In this document: positions 19,301-28,069 of the stretch, one piece after another
How the letters are laid out: every line of letters begins with the position of its first letter
How positions within the stretch are numbered: the stretch's first letter is position 1
Assembly (NCBI GenBank): GCA_016287155.1
Contig: JAEEWC010000051.1
Coordinates: 1 to 46,115, forward strand
Direction of reading: 5' to 3'
DNA: 46,115 bases
Origin: Clostridia bacterium
Lineage (GTDB): Bacteria > Bacillota > Clostridia > Christensenellales > UBA3700
Translations under genes and position numbers: made by a program
The notes under the pieces: generated by a model
The model's database searches: none
Seen by the model: only the letters and a program-made list of their open reading frames with translations
What the model was told of the DNA's origin: nothing

Positions 19301-21936
19301 TTGGTTGTAGCCGAATTCCAACTTATAGATAAATTCTTTTTAGTAATCGTCCAATCTTGAGATAGTTGAATTCCATCCTTAAATGTATAATCAGAATTGT
19401 TAATACCTGTAATACTTGTAGTATATGTGCCTACATTTTTTTGTCTATTATTATCGTAAATAAACGCTAGACTTGTGTCAGTAGGCGCACCGCCAACTAC
19501 AGATGGGGTGATACTGTGTTCCACAGCATCATACTCATAAGTTATTGTTTTCCAATCCACATCTATTGGCTTTTGATTAATTAACAGCGTTGATGGCAAT
19601 GTAATTGTTGTGTAATTATCAGCCTCAACCCCTACTTTTGAAAATACAAATTCAACATTATATAATCCTGCATGATAAGGCGATTGCGAAACAAATACAT
19701 TATTATGATTTACGTCATACTTTGATACAACTTTAATATCTGCTGGCAAAGTATGCGGATACGAATACAATACATTCGATCCATTATAAGTAACTACTCT
19801 TTGTGGCAATTCTTCTGTCATAGAATCAAACGTTAATGCTTTTTTATTAATTGTTATTGCATAGTTTTTGCTTGCAATCGCGCGCTCTCCTGTTGGAGCT
19901 GTCACGATTACTTTCAACAAATAATTACCAGATTGATTGTAATTTCTAAATGTATGATTAAATGTATAACTACTTGCATTATTAACAGTATGAGTATCAA
20001 CTATTGCAGAATATCCGCTATCATTAATTTTCTCTAAATTATATTGCAAAGAAACTCCAGTTTCTTTACAAGCATGAGAAGCAGTAGATTTAAATAATAT
20101 TGATTGACTCTCATCAAATGTAAATGTCAATCCACTTCCAGGATAAACTTGACTTCCAACTTGAGTAGTGCTCTCGTTTATTGTTGGCGCAGTTAAATTC
20201 CACTTTGGAGTTAATACTATTGTTTTTTCGCTTACATTTAATAAATCTGACGTTTTTTCAACAGCAGTGTCGCCGTAATACCAAGTTAAATTATCAAATC
20301 CAGCACGAGTAATATTTCCTCCAAATTTTTTTAACTTTGGAAAATATACAACTTCCCCGTCATTTGCTACATTAACGAAATCAATACTTGTAACTTTTTC
20401 GTTATATGGGAAATAATTACCCCAATCTAACTCAACAGTTTTAACTTCACTCCAATTTGCATACAATACAGTATCTCTTGCGAATGCAACAGTATTATTC
20501 CTTGTCAAAACTGTTTCCATTGTATATTCGCTGTCGCGATACCAACCTCTAAATACGCTACCAGGATTTGAAGTAAAGCCATCCCTTGCAAATTTATCAT
20601 TATTGTATATAATTGTGTCTTCGATGAATGAAGTTGCTTCTACGCCTAAATTTTTAAGCATTGACAAATTAACATATGCTTTATCTTTTGGAAGGATTAA
20701 ACTATCCAAATGAATATTACTATTTGTTTCGAAATCAATAATGATATTGTCTTTTTGATCTTCAACATTAAGTTGTGCTCTATTATCATAAGATATATGT
20801 CTATACTCATTGTACAAATTCAATGGTATGCTTACTTCAATATTATTGTACTGTTGATAATCTACCTTAATCGCAGTTTCTTCGCTTTCTAATATAAGTT
20901 TCTTTAATGATGGTGCTTTTATTGATTCCATGCTGAAGTCTTTATCAGAATAATAGTCAATGGTTTTTATTTTCTCACCGCTAATAGCATCTTTCCCTAT
21001 TGTTTCTACAGAGCTTGGGATAATTAAGGAATCAATATTGTTTAATGAAATAGCGTTCTTCTCAATAACTTTTACATTACTGTTTAAATTGCCGTTTTCA
21101 TCATATTCACCGATTTGCACGCTAGTAATGTTGCCACTATCATTAAGAGCATTGCTTAAAATACCTACGACTGGCTTATTGTTGTATGTTAAAGGAATTA
21201 CAATAGAATCATTAACGCCATAATATACCTTAGATACATAATAGCCATCTTCATATCCTTCGACATTCTCATAATATTCATAGCCTAGCAATCTATCTTG
21301 AGCAAAGATATAGTCGATTTGTGGAGGCAATTTAGATATACCTAAACTTACTCCTTCAATTGTACAAATAATCGCACAAACTATAATATATAGAATTGCT
21401 TTTCTTCTTTCTCTTCTATCTAGGCTGTTTTGCAATGACTTTTTGTCTTCTTCTGAGAAAGAATATTTATAATCAAAATTGCCAACCAATGGTAAACGTG
21501 TAGTCTTATCAACAAATAAACTAACCTTTCTTGAAATGAACAATAGGAAGAATATTGCAACAGCTTGCATGCCGCATAACAACAACAAGTCTGTTCTAAA
21601 TGCGTCAAAGGCAACACAACCTATAATAAATTGCAAAATTATTACTAGTTCCCACGCACCCGCAAAAATATATTCGGACATGATAAGTACTTTATTGTAA
21701 ATTCCTTTTCCGACAAAAACATACTTTAAAATTAACACGGCAATTTGTGCAATATTAATAAAAATTGAGAACCAATAAAAGACTTTTAGTGAAGTAGGAT
21801 TTCCTCTTTTATTCCCTAACGCAACTATAACAATAGAAATTGCCAAAATAAAGCAATAGCTAACAAGGGAACCTATAAAGTTCCATAATCTAGCCTTGTA
21901 TTGTTTATCCGGTACTACATTATACTTTGCGTCCAT
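13315..21936 (-). CDS. Giant membrane-anchored adhesin-like protein, 2873 aa (5 TM, short LRR, InlB B-repeat-like, ~22 MBG/Ig-like repeats)
   Basis: Five N-terminal hydrophobic segments. IVIPLTYNNKPVVGI LRR cap; FRGWYRDSEY...VLYANW B-repeat motif; recurring Y[ND]G...[AV]G.Y...NY...I..K.L...W units of ~80-100 aa. Confidence 0.8.
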   Translation of the reverse strand: MDAKYNVVPDKQYKARLWNFIGSLVSYCFILAISIVIVALGNKRGNPTSLKVFYWFSIFINIAQIAVLILKYVFVGKGIYNKVLIMSEYIFAGAWELVIILQFIIGCVAFDAFRTDLLLLCGMQAVAIFFLLFISRKVSLFVDKTTRLPLVGNFDYKYSFSEEDKKSLQNSLDRRERRKAILYIIVCAIICTIEGVSLGISKLPPQIDYIFAQDRLLGYEYYENVEGYEDGYYVSKVYYGVNDSIVIPLTYNNKPVVGILSNALNDSGNITSVQIGEYDENGNLNSNVKVIEKNAISLNNIDSLIIPSSVETIGKDAISGEKIKTIDYYSDKDFSMESIKAPSLKKLILESEETAIKVDYQQYNNIEVSIPLNLYNEYRHISYDNRAQLNVEDQKDNIIIDFETNSNIHLDSLILPKDKAYVNLSMLKNLGVEATSFIEDTIIYNNDKFARDGFTSNPGSVFRGWYRDSEYTMETVLTRNNTVAFARDTVLYANWSEVKTVELDWGNYFPYNEKVTSIDFVNVANDGEVVYFPKLKKFGGNITRAGFDNLTWYYGDTAVEKTSDLLNVSEKTIVLTPKWNLTAPTINESTTQVGSQVYPGSGLTFTFDESQSILFKSTASHACKETGVSLQYNLEKINDSGYSAIVDTHTVNNASSYTFNHTFRNYNQSGNYLLKVIVTAPTGERAIASKNYAITINKKALTFDSMTEELPQRVVTYNGSNVLYSYPHTLPADIKVVSKYDVNHNNVFVSQSPYHAGLYNVEFVFSKVGVEADNYTTITLPSTLLINQKPIDVDWKTITYEYDAVEHSITPSVVGGAPTDTSLAFIYDNNRQKNVGTYTTSITGINNSDYTFKDGIQLSQDWTITKKNLSISWNSATTKTFNGETQIYDFTISGLARTDVQNANNSLQLNTSSLVFTTEQKPNDGALKVKVEAKNVGDYNIQILGFNDNNYEASTILLTSRVVKINPAVINAQWSNKTLTYNGASQAMELALTGFFNDDAKQYTRNNIMQKMTYVSDGSIGLIDNNDRKVTIGFSSIDAGEYTTTINSIVSNYNNYVLNSENMTSTLKINKASYTVEWGTKEFTYNGLEQALQLTISNVYQRDINNITTFAGSYPKCTSTTINNSTNGRVISFKGISADSYNVSINSIGNEQFRNNYEDKECSTTFNIKPRLLKLEWHLSDTDDNLVYNGFNHSVVASVTNRCGNDEIPLAYNNETAIDVGYYTATISTTNTNYKVDDTCNYNWEITKKSITVSKYNGPATIYDGKYHEFGFRYDGFVNTPLRDDLNSVDNSFFTYNCTPASKVTMVNGVVIDNGCIVVKFKAIDATTYTIAQGKNTFSNYTIQNLTYSFAINQKTITNSWVNGDTLEAYTDNDFVYDKNYHSVKPVFTGLCVREDSGEKDSLTPTISNMANYRLNAAGTYIATITNLNNSNYAINDSTKMFNWVINKRVVGVTWSNNTFTYDGSNKNDTASFSNVCSGDSVSGSYAVYKNGMVVDTYREAGNYSIRLVSLSNSNYCLPEDNLTKAYTINKRVLTFALARASSSDYVYSGDDIDCIKLTVSGFADSTYARNFRIGDLSISKPQGGTFEYRTYDTNRSIFYLYARNAGTYSLIVNSVTNSNYDFDGTSLANSHLEVEIYPKVLAWTWPATNYTYDGTIHSFEINYANIGADAVNVNYSCSGSAYIDGSTISSPKAKNAGVYTISVESIADNSNYTLVGTTSALSKVFTINRAEIYLEKESSNDTVTYNGEYLTGLSLKVKGYLPADSNLFTTLPIIYTNTGASSQDTYTNYTINNKAVDAGTYEVEILGLKDSFNSSNYELATSYVNKMYTYYVYRTKISLDWGTIDYTYNGEEQTREAVITSKIYTNALTNSKDTVVLSYTNNKQTNAGTYSVTASLSHKNYELNANTSTSWTINEKQLITYWDCGSSLVYNGALRTANLSISGLLEKDATLIDSSTFVTNVAPSDMSSHNSGTERIVTLSYSKKDVGSYSFKINSENLSNYRIADVEHRITILQKTLSITWDTNRSFVYSGESKTLNYTVDGICEGDVLTPSISENSATVVGQYTARLSLPSNCNYALPSNYQCNWSIVAKELSAEWVDENTTNYTYTGYDIEKKLVIRGFVQGQEDNVVNSFFRFNNNATITIDRSSAAGSVIIIFKNKDCHSYDYICYGLGDVALASNYYLPRYETSISIDKRAIEVEIGNASFNYNGAEQSFDVTIKNLSAADLNGTTKDSMFSVMRKTDSSANYSSKIVNGNLVYTIAKTNVDKETIQILPINTVQLNYACPSISTNFEISAIELTNYWIISEDVKVFDFDNQYHEISLMISGFVGADADNVEISQFALGYGTISEIRKHSNYVELVFKAKDVQSSYYPCEVNSFSNTNYSYTSSGVKRIYIRPKSLTINYVGYDEYTFVNSSYDIKFEISGFIAGDDISLSMFSSAFTLAPTQTIIENSTKLCLLFSIKDAGEYTFAISRCLDSDYSLSSYSKTVVIHKQQLSADSVDIVGDNESHEYDGLYHSITYKVDGLNSLGLSAIQNGFNVTGAETVDVALVDGHAEFYCKCKNVADYTISLESNSNLPNYELSAVESNFSITPCVLNTEWQYDEYNEYDGTYKDITLKISGFIDTNDINDISVTSFTANNIFTLEKESNYIMLTFRAKNIGDYNFSVTEISSNKYSINTTTAIGTIYRRMQITYPEIDSVVYDGSTHTVTVQISGFVTKSHFEGVDLTNLRNGIISSGNVLNLQVLKNDSGDNNIIEVQYEAHNVGEYRISLDLYVNPCYHIAFESTFNITPKTITLIRDSLLDSNGLVFDGVVENESIDYTIKYYSEEACENEIIDFDYATAGTYFYTITINSNKYVLAEVDRKGSFVID

Positions 21937-21944
21937 TATTCCTA

Positions 21945-23894
21945 CTATTTTATCAGTTTTTCAACTGCTTGTCTTATATATGATTTATAATCTATTTTAG
22001 ATAATTCTGAGGCATGTTCAAGTACTCTAACTACCTTGCCTTCTTCAATGTTTTCTTTAGATCTATAATAGATAACATTATCTTCAGCTCTACGCCAAAT
22101 TTTCAAAACTTTATTATTTGTAGTTGCAACATTACAACAGTTGCAAATATATTCATCTTCACTACCTGGGACCTTTATTGCATATGACTTATCTGAGTCA
22201 AAGAAATAATCTCCTCCGCAAGATTTACAAGTCTTTATATTTGAAGCTAATGTAATCTTTATATAATCAGCTGGGACATTTACAATTGCCCCTAATTCTT
22301 CTTTAAAACTCTCTAAGCAACCATATTCAACATAATCTTCTTTGAAATCATCATACTTTCCACTTGCATCTTCTAGCACGCCAAAGATAAAGTTGAATAA
22401 TTTATTCTCATCTCTATCGCCTTTACCATTTATTAACTTATCTCTATTTTTTCTATCCAAATTGTTTACTAGATATTTATATGAATACTTTGCAAAATCT
22501 GCATCAGTCGCAATTTCTTCTCCGGTTAAGCAATTAATAAATGAATACCTCTTTGTATCCCCTTTACTTTGAGCGCCAGTTAAGAAGTGTGATATTACTC
22601 TATCTTGTCCATCTGGATACATCTCATCATGAATCCAGCTTAGATATTCTTTACAATCACAATAATTAACAGTATCCTCAACCGTTGTTATGTTTCTTAA
22701 GAAATCTTTTTTTGATTGAGTATCTCTATTTATTTCATAACCTTTATCCAATAGGCCCTTTTGTTGTTTACCATCGCCTTTAATGTAAATGCTCTTCAAA
22801 TGCCATTTTCCACATCTCTTGCATTGCTTCATGCATTCATTACAGCCAATCGGATATAAAAACTTATCTTTGCCAATGTTAATCTTCAATTCCTTGTCTA
22901 TATGCAATTTCATTGGCTCTTTATTATTTTGAGCATTCGCCTTTGAGTCATTCTTACAAATTGGACAAGTAAATGAATTCTGAATACTTTCTTCTTCCTT
23001 TGCAAAGAATGGAGAATAATAAGTGATATATTCAGCATCCAAAAATTCTGACTCGTCAGCTCTTGGATTCTTTTTCTTAAACTCAACTTTAATTGGAGTC
23101 TTTAAATACTTAATACAATAAACAGCTTGAACTGTAATACGTTCAATATTTGAATCTTTTAAATAATATGCCTCTAGCGCATCTTCTAGATTCTTTTTAA
23201 AGTTTGGATCATATTCTTCTGTTTCTTCTTCAAGAGGAACTTTTCTATTATCAGCATTCTTTAATTTTTCTTGGAACTTCTTTTCATCAACGCTATCAAC
23301 TACATTATATTTATATTCGTTTTCGCCAATGTAAGTAGCATATACTAAGATATTCTTTGGCTCATCGTTTTCGTTAATAGATCTAAAGATACAGCTACAT
23401 CTATATACATAGTCTGCGGCAGCTGATTCTCCAGATATAATACTTACTTTAATTGAACCAATCTCTGGATCATTTTTATCTATAATGCTATCTGATATTG
23501 CTGATTCAATAGAATCTCTTGTATCATCGGCGATATTATCTAATTGAAGGTTTACTTCTTGCTTAAAGAAAGCAACTTCAGAATAGGCTTCCTCAAGTAG
23601 AACCTTTTTGTTACGTTCATTATCGATAATATCCCAACCATCAGAATCCTTTGCGCTATTAATACTATTGTAGAAGAAATAATTATACTTTTGAGCTTCG
23701 CCTTCTACTGGCTTATCGATTGAGTTATTTGTATTTAGGTTAGTATCAACAACTACATATTTTTTATCCTTAATTAATATTGCTGTACTATTTTCTTGTG
23801 GAAGATAATTTGGGATAGCAACCCCAGGACTTCTCTTTTCAGAATTGATAGTCTTTAATAGCTCGGCAATTTCAACTAAACTTGCATTATTCAT
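21945..23894 (-). CDS. Cys-rich hypothetical protein, probable multi-Zn-finger (649 aa)
   Basis: CPIC, CNEC, CKRC..WH, CDC, CKSC and CNCC clusters. Start moved to ATG 23894 (GGAGG SD 8 nt upstream, 8-nt overlap with the helicase stop). Confidence 0.75.
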   Translation of the reverse strand: MNNASLVEIAELLKTINSEKRSPGVAIPNYLPQENSTAILIKDKKYVVVDTNLNTNNSIDKPVEGEAQKYNYFFYNSINSAKDSDGWDIIDNERNKKVLLEEAYSEVAFFKQEVNLQLDNIADDTRDSIESAISDSIIDKNDPEIGSIKVSIISGESAAADYVYRCSCIFRSINENDEPKNILVYATYIGENEYKYNVVDSVDEKKFQEKLKNADNRKVPLEEETEEYDPNFKKNLEDALEAYYLKDSNIERITVQAVYCIKYLKTPIKVEFKKKNPRADESEFLDAEYITYYSPFFAKEEESIQNSFTCPICKNDSKANAQNNKEPMKLHIDKELKINIGKDKFLYPIGCNECMKQCKRCGKWHLKSIYIKGDGKQQKGLLDKGYEINRDTQSKKDFLRNITTVEDTVNYCDCKEYLSWIHDEMYPDGQDRVISHFLTGAQSKGDTKRYSFINCLTGEEIATDADFAKYSYKYLVNNLDRKNRDKLINGKGDRDENKLFNFIFGVLEDASGKYDDFKEDYVEYGCLESFKEELGAIVNVPADYIKITLASNIKTCKSCGGDYFFDSDKSYAIKVPGSEDEYICNCCNVATTNNKVLKIWRRAEDNVIYYRSKENIEEGKVVRVLEHASELSKIDYKSYIRQAVEKLIK

Positions 23895-26800
23895 TCTCAT
23901 CGCCTCCGCTAATAATCTTACTGAAGTCCTCAACTGTTAATTGTGATACAAACTTTGTCATATTATCTGCGTTGTTTCTAACAACTGAGCAGAAATATTC
24001 AAATAGATCAATAATAGGGGTCAACTTGTCTTTGATATGTTTTGTATATCTATTTAAAATCGGATTTGTAATATCTTGAATCTTACTTATATTAAGATAC
24101 GATTCATTCTCCAACTTTTCCTTTTGGTTAGAAAACGCTTTTTTAGCTTTTTCTAATTCTGCCAATATTGTAGACATTTCGTCTGTGTTATTCTTTTGCT
24201 TACGCTTTGATGTTGTTGTAATTTGCACACCACCATCGTATTTTTCAATTTGCTCTTCTTTGTTATATTCAATTAATGCTTTCAAGAATGATATCATCTT
24301 TGTGTAATATAGATTGATTTGCTTAATAAATACATTGATATCATTTGTAGTGTCTTTTTCTTTAATGTTACTTTGACCAACTTTCTCAGAATATGATTCC
24401 GCTATTTCTCCTAATTCATTAAACAAAACCACATCATCTTTTGTCGATTGTATATTTGCTAATAATTTTTGGACTATTGGCTCGCCTTTCTTTAAAAACG
24501 CAAAATATTTAATTTCATCTTGTTTTTGCGCTTCTGAAATATCAAACAATTCCTTAATGCCATTAAAGTATTCCATCTCTTTAGAATCACTAGCAAAATT
24601 CTCTTTAAAGATTTCGCACTTATCTAATAGTTCTTTACCATAAGCATAGAAGTTAGTAGCATCATAATCATACAAACTCTTGTATACTTTATCTATAGAT
24701 ATCATGATATCTTCAAAAGTAGCAGAATTCTCATGTCTACCAATAGGCATAGATACAATACCTGTTGTATCGCCCTTCCAGCTTGAGAATAATTCCAATT
24801 CAAATGCTAAGAATTCAACAATAAATCCACTTAAATCATTCAATGGTGCGAACGAAATAATCTTTAGATTAGGTTGCTCTACTGCGCTTAATTTAACTCT
24901 ATCGATTCTTCCGATTCTTTGTTCCATTTTTAATGGACAATACTTAATATCAAAGTTAATTAATATATCAGAAGTTTGTAAATCAACGCCTTCTTCGTAT
25001 TTATTAGGTTCGACTACAATAATGCAATTTTTATTATCTGTATTGGCTTTTGATAGGTCTTTAATATCCTTTCCTATAGACCAAGCATCTTGAGGATGAC
25101 GTCTATTATATACGCACAATGGCCAATGCTTAAATCTTGCAAAGTAATCTTTTTCAAAGTCTTTATCTTCTTTGAATTTTGTTGCTTTAAGAGTATTGTT
25201 ATCAAATAGTGGCCCTAGGGTTTCTTTATAATTCTTTAGCCATAAATCGTAATCGCTTTCAATTCTTAGCCAATCTAAAATAGCATCATAATTATCTATC
25301 TCTTCATTCTTTTCAGAGAACAATAATACCTTGCCTTTTATCTTGTTATCTTCTGTTACCTTTTCATCTGTTATTAGTTGTAATAACATATGTAGTTTGA
25401 AGTTTGTATAAGAAATCTCGCCAACAGATTTAGAATAAAACTCTTCTCTCTCTCCAGATAATTGATCGTTAATCCAATTGTAGATTTCATAAGCGTGTTG
25501 CTTTGGAATGAATGCTGATCTAATTGCTTTTAAATTCTTTTCATGTTCAACTCTAGCTGCTTCAATTGATGTTGTATCATCTTGGCTAAGGTTATCCATA
25601 TTATTATCATATTCATCATTTTCTCTTTTAATCTCTTCGATTAATGGATTCTCAACCATCTTATTAAACAATGAATAAGTGTCATCTTTTTCTACTTCAA
25701 TTTCTTCTCTTACATCTTCAACGAATTGGTCAAATACTTCTTTTTGTGTAACGTGATCACTAAACAGGCTAGCCTCTTTTACGTCAAGGTGATGTTGCTT
25801 ATGTTTATTAATTCTATCCATAAGCATATTGCCAACAACAATATCAAAAATCTTATCGTTTCTCTTTATGAAATAAACAATACCATTTCGCTTACTCCAT
25901 AAAGGAAGATTTTGATAACTAGACACTTTATTACCTAAAGACTTACTGATGTAACTTGTGTGCTTATCATCTAAGCAATATGTTTGGTGCCTTGTTGATC
26001 TAATACCCATGCCTTGATACATCTTCTTCCATGTAACAACACCTTCTGGGTCTTTTACTAATTCACCAATAGATTTAATAATCTTTTCTTTACCATTCTT
26101 GTCGACTTTTTTATATTTATCTTCAAACTCATCTCTTGATTTATTGAAGCATACTTCATCGAACAATTCTTCATTAAAGAATCTTTCTTCTCTAATAAAA
26201 TTAATTGCCGCTTCATAAATTGCTTCTAGTTTTACTTGATTATAATCATTCTTCTTCATATAAGAGATGAAATCTTTATGATTTGCGAATTTCTCTTTGA
26301 ACAAGAATACATATTTTATAATGATGTCTTCATATGTATAGAAATTCAATGCATACTTTCTATAATCCGGTTTTCCTTCTCTAATGATTATATCTACTAA
26401 TTCTGAAATCATTGAATCATCTAAGTTATATAATGCCTTTCTTATCAAAGCATATGAATCTTTACTTTCTGTTAATAACTTCAAAAGATAGAAGTCAATC
26501 ATATCAGACTTAATTGGAGTAGCTGTCATAAAGATTTTTCTATAAGCTCTATTAGCTAAAGCGCTTACCTTTGGATACATACTATCTTTGTTTATAAAAT
26601 AGTAATCATCGAATAATGGGAATACGAAATAATCATTAAACACAGCCATATCAAAAGGCAATTTAACTTTGTCCGAGAATTCATTTCCTGCTAATGTTCT
26701 ATTATTCTCATTTCTTGTAATTGTCTTTGGCATTGGAAGCTTATAGCTTACATTAATATAATCATGTGCTTCATCTATAATTAGAGTTTCATATGACATA

Positions 26801-28056
26801 TCAATCAAGAAATCTATAACGCAATACCCTTTGTATTCAACATTTTCGATAGGATTCTTAGATAACACATCTCTATATTCAACACTAATTCTATGCTTTA
26901 AAAGAGGATATTTTGGATCATCTTTTTCAGTTACAACCTTACTTACAATTAATACAGCAAATAATCTCTTAACTTCACGTGCAATTCTTTTAAATATTGC
27001 ATTAATACTACTTTCATGAAGTGCCTTTTTTAGAGCCCCAATATTCTCTAGTAAATATATACCTCTTTTTCTCTTGATATAATCAAACTGTGTATAAATG
27101 CTATTCTTTAAAACATCGGCGTTAAACAGTGCATTAAATACACGCTCTGCATATTTGTCTTCATTGTCTTTAAATTTAATAATATCTAATGCTCTATCTA
27201 CGATGTAGTAATACTCCCCATCTTCATCAAAAAAATAATCATTGATACTTATACCATCTTCTAAGTCTAATTCTTTATGTATTGCTTTTACTGTCTCCAC
27301 AATAACTGGTCTTACTACTTCCATTAATATTTGATACTTTAAAGCATTATTGTTTGTGAATTTAAACTTATATGGGCTTGCCAATTCATGAATTTTCTCA
27401 ATCAATGTACTTTTATATTCTTTTAGGATACTGCTAATTACTTTTACAGATTTTGAAGTTACAGTATCATCAAGCGTTGGAATATCATCTTTTGACTTTC
27501 TACAAGAATCAAATGCTGAATAAAAAACTGCATATAAGTCATCCAAACTCTTAATTGCAAAAACTCTTGGCATTGTTTCTGGCATAGCTTGAACATTCTT
27601 CTTGCCCTTATCAATAGCAAATCTTTCATAGAAATTTCTAATACCGAATTTTCTAGCAAGTTCCTTCTGCCATTTCTCTGCCATATTTTCATTTGGAACT
27701 AAAATTAATAATGAATTTAATTCTTTCCTATAAGCAAGTTCGCTTATAATCATTCCAGCTTCGATAGTCTTTCCCATTCCTACTTGGTCTGACAAAATAC
27801 CACATTTACTGAAACGATATATGAAATCTTTTACGGCTTTGTTTTGGTATGAAAAAGCACTAGAGCCGGCTTCTCTCCATTCTCCAGAAATACCAAGGGA
27901 GATATAGTCTTCACTTTCAAGTTTTGCCTTTGGCTCTTCCTCTCCAGCTTTAATGACTTTATCTATTAACGCCCTTTTATTATCGCTTAGTTTTGAATTA
28001 TTGCTTCGAATAGATTTAATACTACTTTCGATGCTGTCATTCAAGATTATTTCCAT
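23887..28056 (-). CDS. SNF2/RapA-like SF2 helicase with large insertions
   Basis: ILSDQVGMGKTIEAG (I), LILVP (Ia), LIIDEAH (II), TATP (III), KVLLFSE (IV), EGVDLQ..INFD (V), EQRIGRIDR (VI). Confidence 0.9.
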   Translation of the reverse strand: MEIILNDSIESSIKSIRSNNSKLSDNKRALIDKVIKAGEEEPKAKLESEDYISLGISGEWREAGSSAFSYQNKAVKDFIYRFSKCGILSDQVGMGKTIEAGMIISELAYRKELNSLLILVPNENMAEKWQKELARKFGIRNFYERFAIDKGKKNVQAMPETMPRVFAIKSLDDLYAVFYSAFDSCRKSKDDIPTLDDTVTSKSVKVISSILKEYKSTLIEKIHELASPYKFKFTNNNALKYQILMEVVRPVIVETVKAIHKELDLEDGISINDYFFDEDGEYYYIVDRALDIIKFKDNEDKYAERVFNALFNADVLKNSIYTQFDYIKRKRGIYLLENIGALKKALHESSINAIFKRIAREVKRLFAVLIVSKVVTEKDDPKYPLLKHRISVEYRDVLSKNPIENVEYKGYCVIDFLIDMSYETLIIDEAHDYINVSYKLPMPKTITRNENNRTLAGNEFSDKVKLPFDMAVFNDYFVFPLFDDYYFINKDSMYPKVSALANRAYRKIFMTATPIKSDMIDFYLLKLLTESKDSYALIRKALYNLDDSMISELVDIIIREGKPDYRKYALNFYTYEDIIIKYVFLFKEKFANHKDFISYMKKNDYNQVKLEAIYEAAINFIREERFFNEELFDEVCFNKSRDEFEDKYKKVDKNGKEKIIKSIGELVKDPEGVVTWKKMYQGMGIRSTRHQTYCLDDKHTSYISKSLGNKVSSYQNLPLWSKRNGIVYFIKRNDKIFDIVVGNMLMDRINKHKQHHLDVKEASLFSDHVTQKEVFDQFVEDVREEIEVEKDDTYSLFNKMVENPLIEEIKRENDEYDNNMDNLSQDDTTSIEAARVEHEKNLKAIRSAFIPKQHAYEIYNWINDQLSGEREEFYSKSVGEISYTNFKLHMLLQLITDEKVTEDNKIKGKVLLFSEKNEEIDNYDAILDWLRIESDYDLWLKNYKETLGPLFDNNTLKATKFKEDKDFEKDYFARFKHWPLCVYNRRHPQDAWSIGKDIKDLSKANTDNKNCIIVVEPNKYEEGVDLQTSDILINFDIKYCPLKMEQRIGRIDRVKLSAVEQPNLKIISFAPLNDLSGFIVEFLAFELELFSSWKGDTTGIVSMPIGRHENSATFEDIMISIDKVYKSLYDYDATNFYAYGKELLDKCEIFKENFASDSKEMEYFNGIKELFDISEAQKQDEIKYFAFLKKGEPIVQKLLANIQSTKDDVVLFNELGEIAESYSEKVGQSNIKEKDTTNDINVFIKQINLYYTKMISFLKALIEYNKEEQIEKYDGGVQITTTSKRKQKNNTDEMSTILAELEKAKKAFSNQKEKLENESYLNISKIQDITNPILNRYTKHIKDKLTPIIDLFEYFCSVVRNNADNMTKFVSQLTVEDFSKIISGGDENE

Positions 28057-28069
28057 ACCTTATATATCC

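Noticed and set aside
6567-21936. CRISPR array or DNA-level tandem repeats
   Set aside because: The repetition is at the protein level and highly diverged; I saw no identical spaced direct repeats or cas genes in the window.
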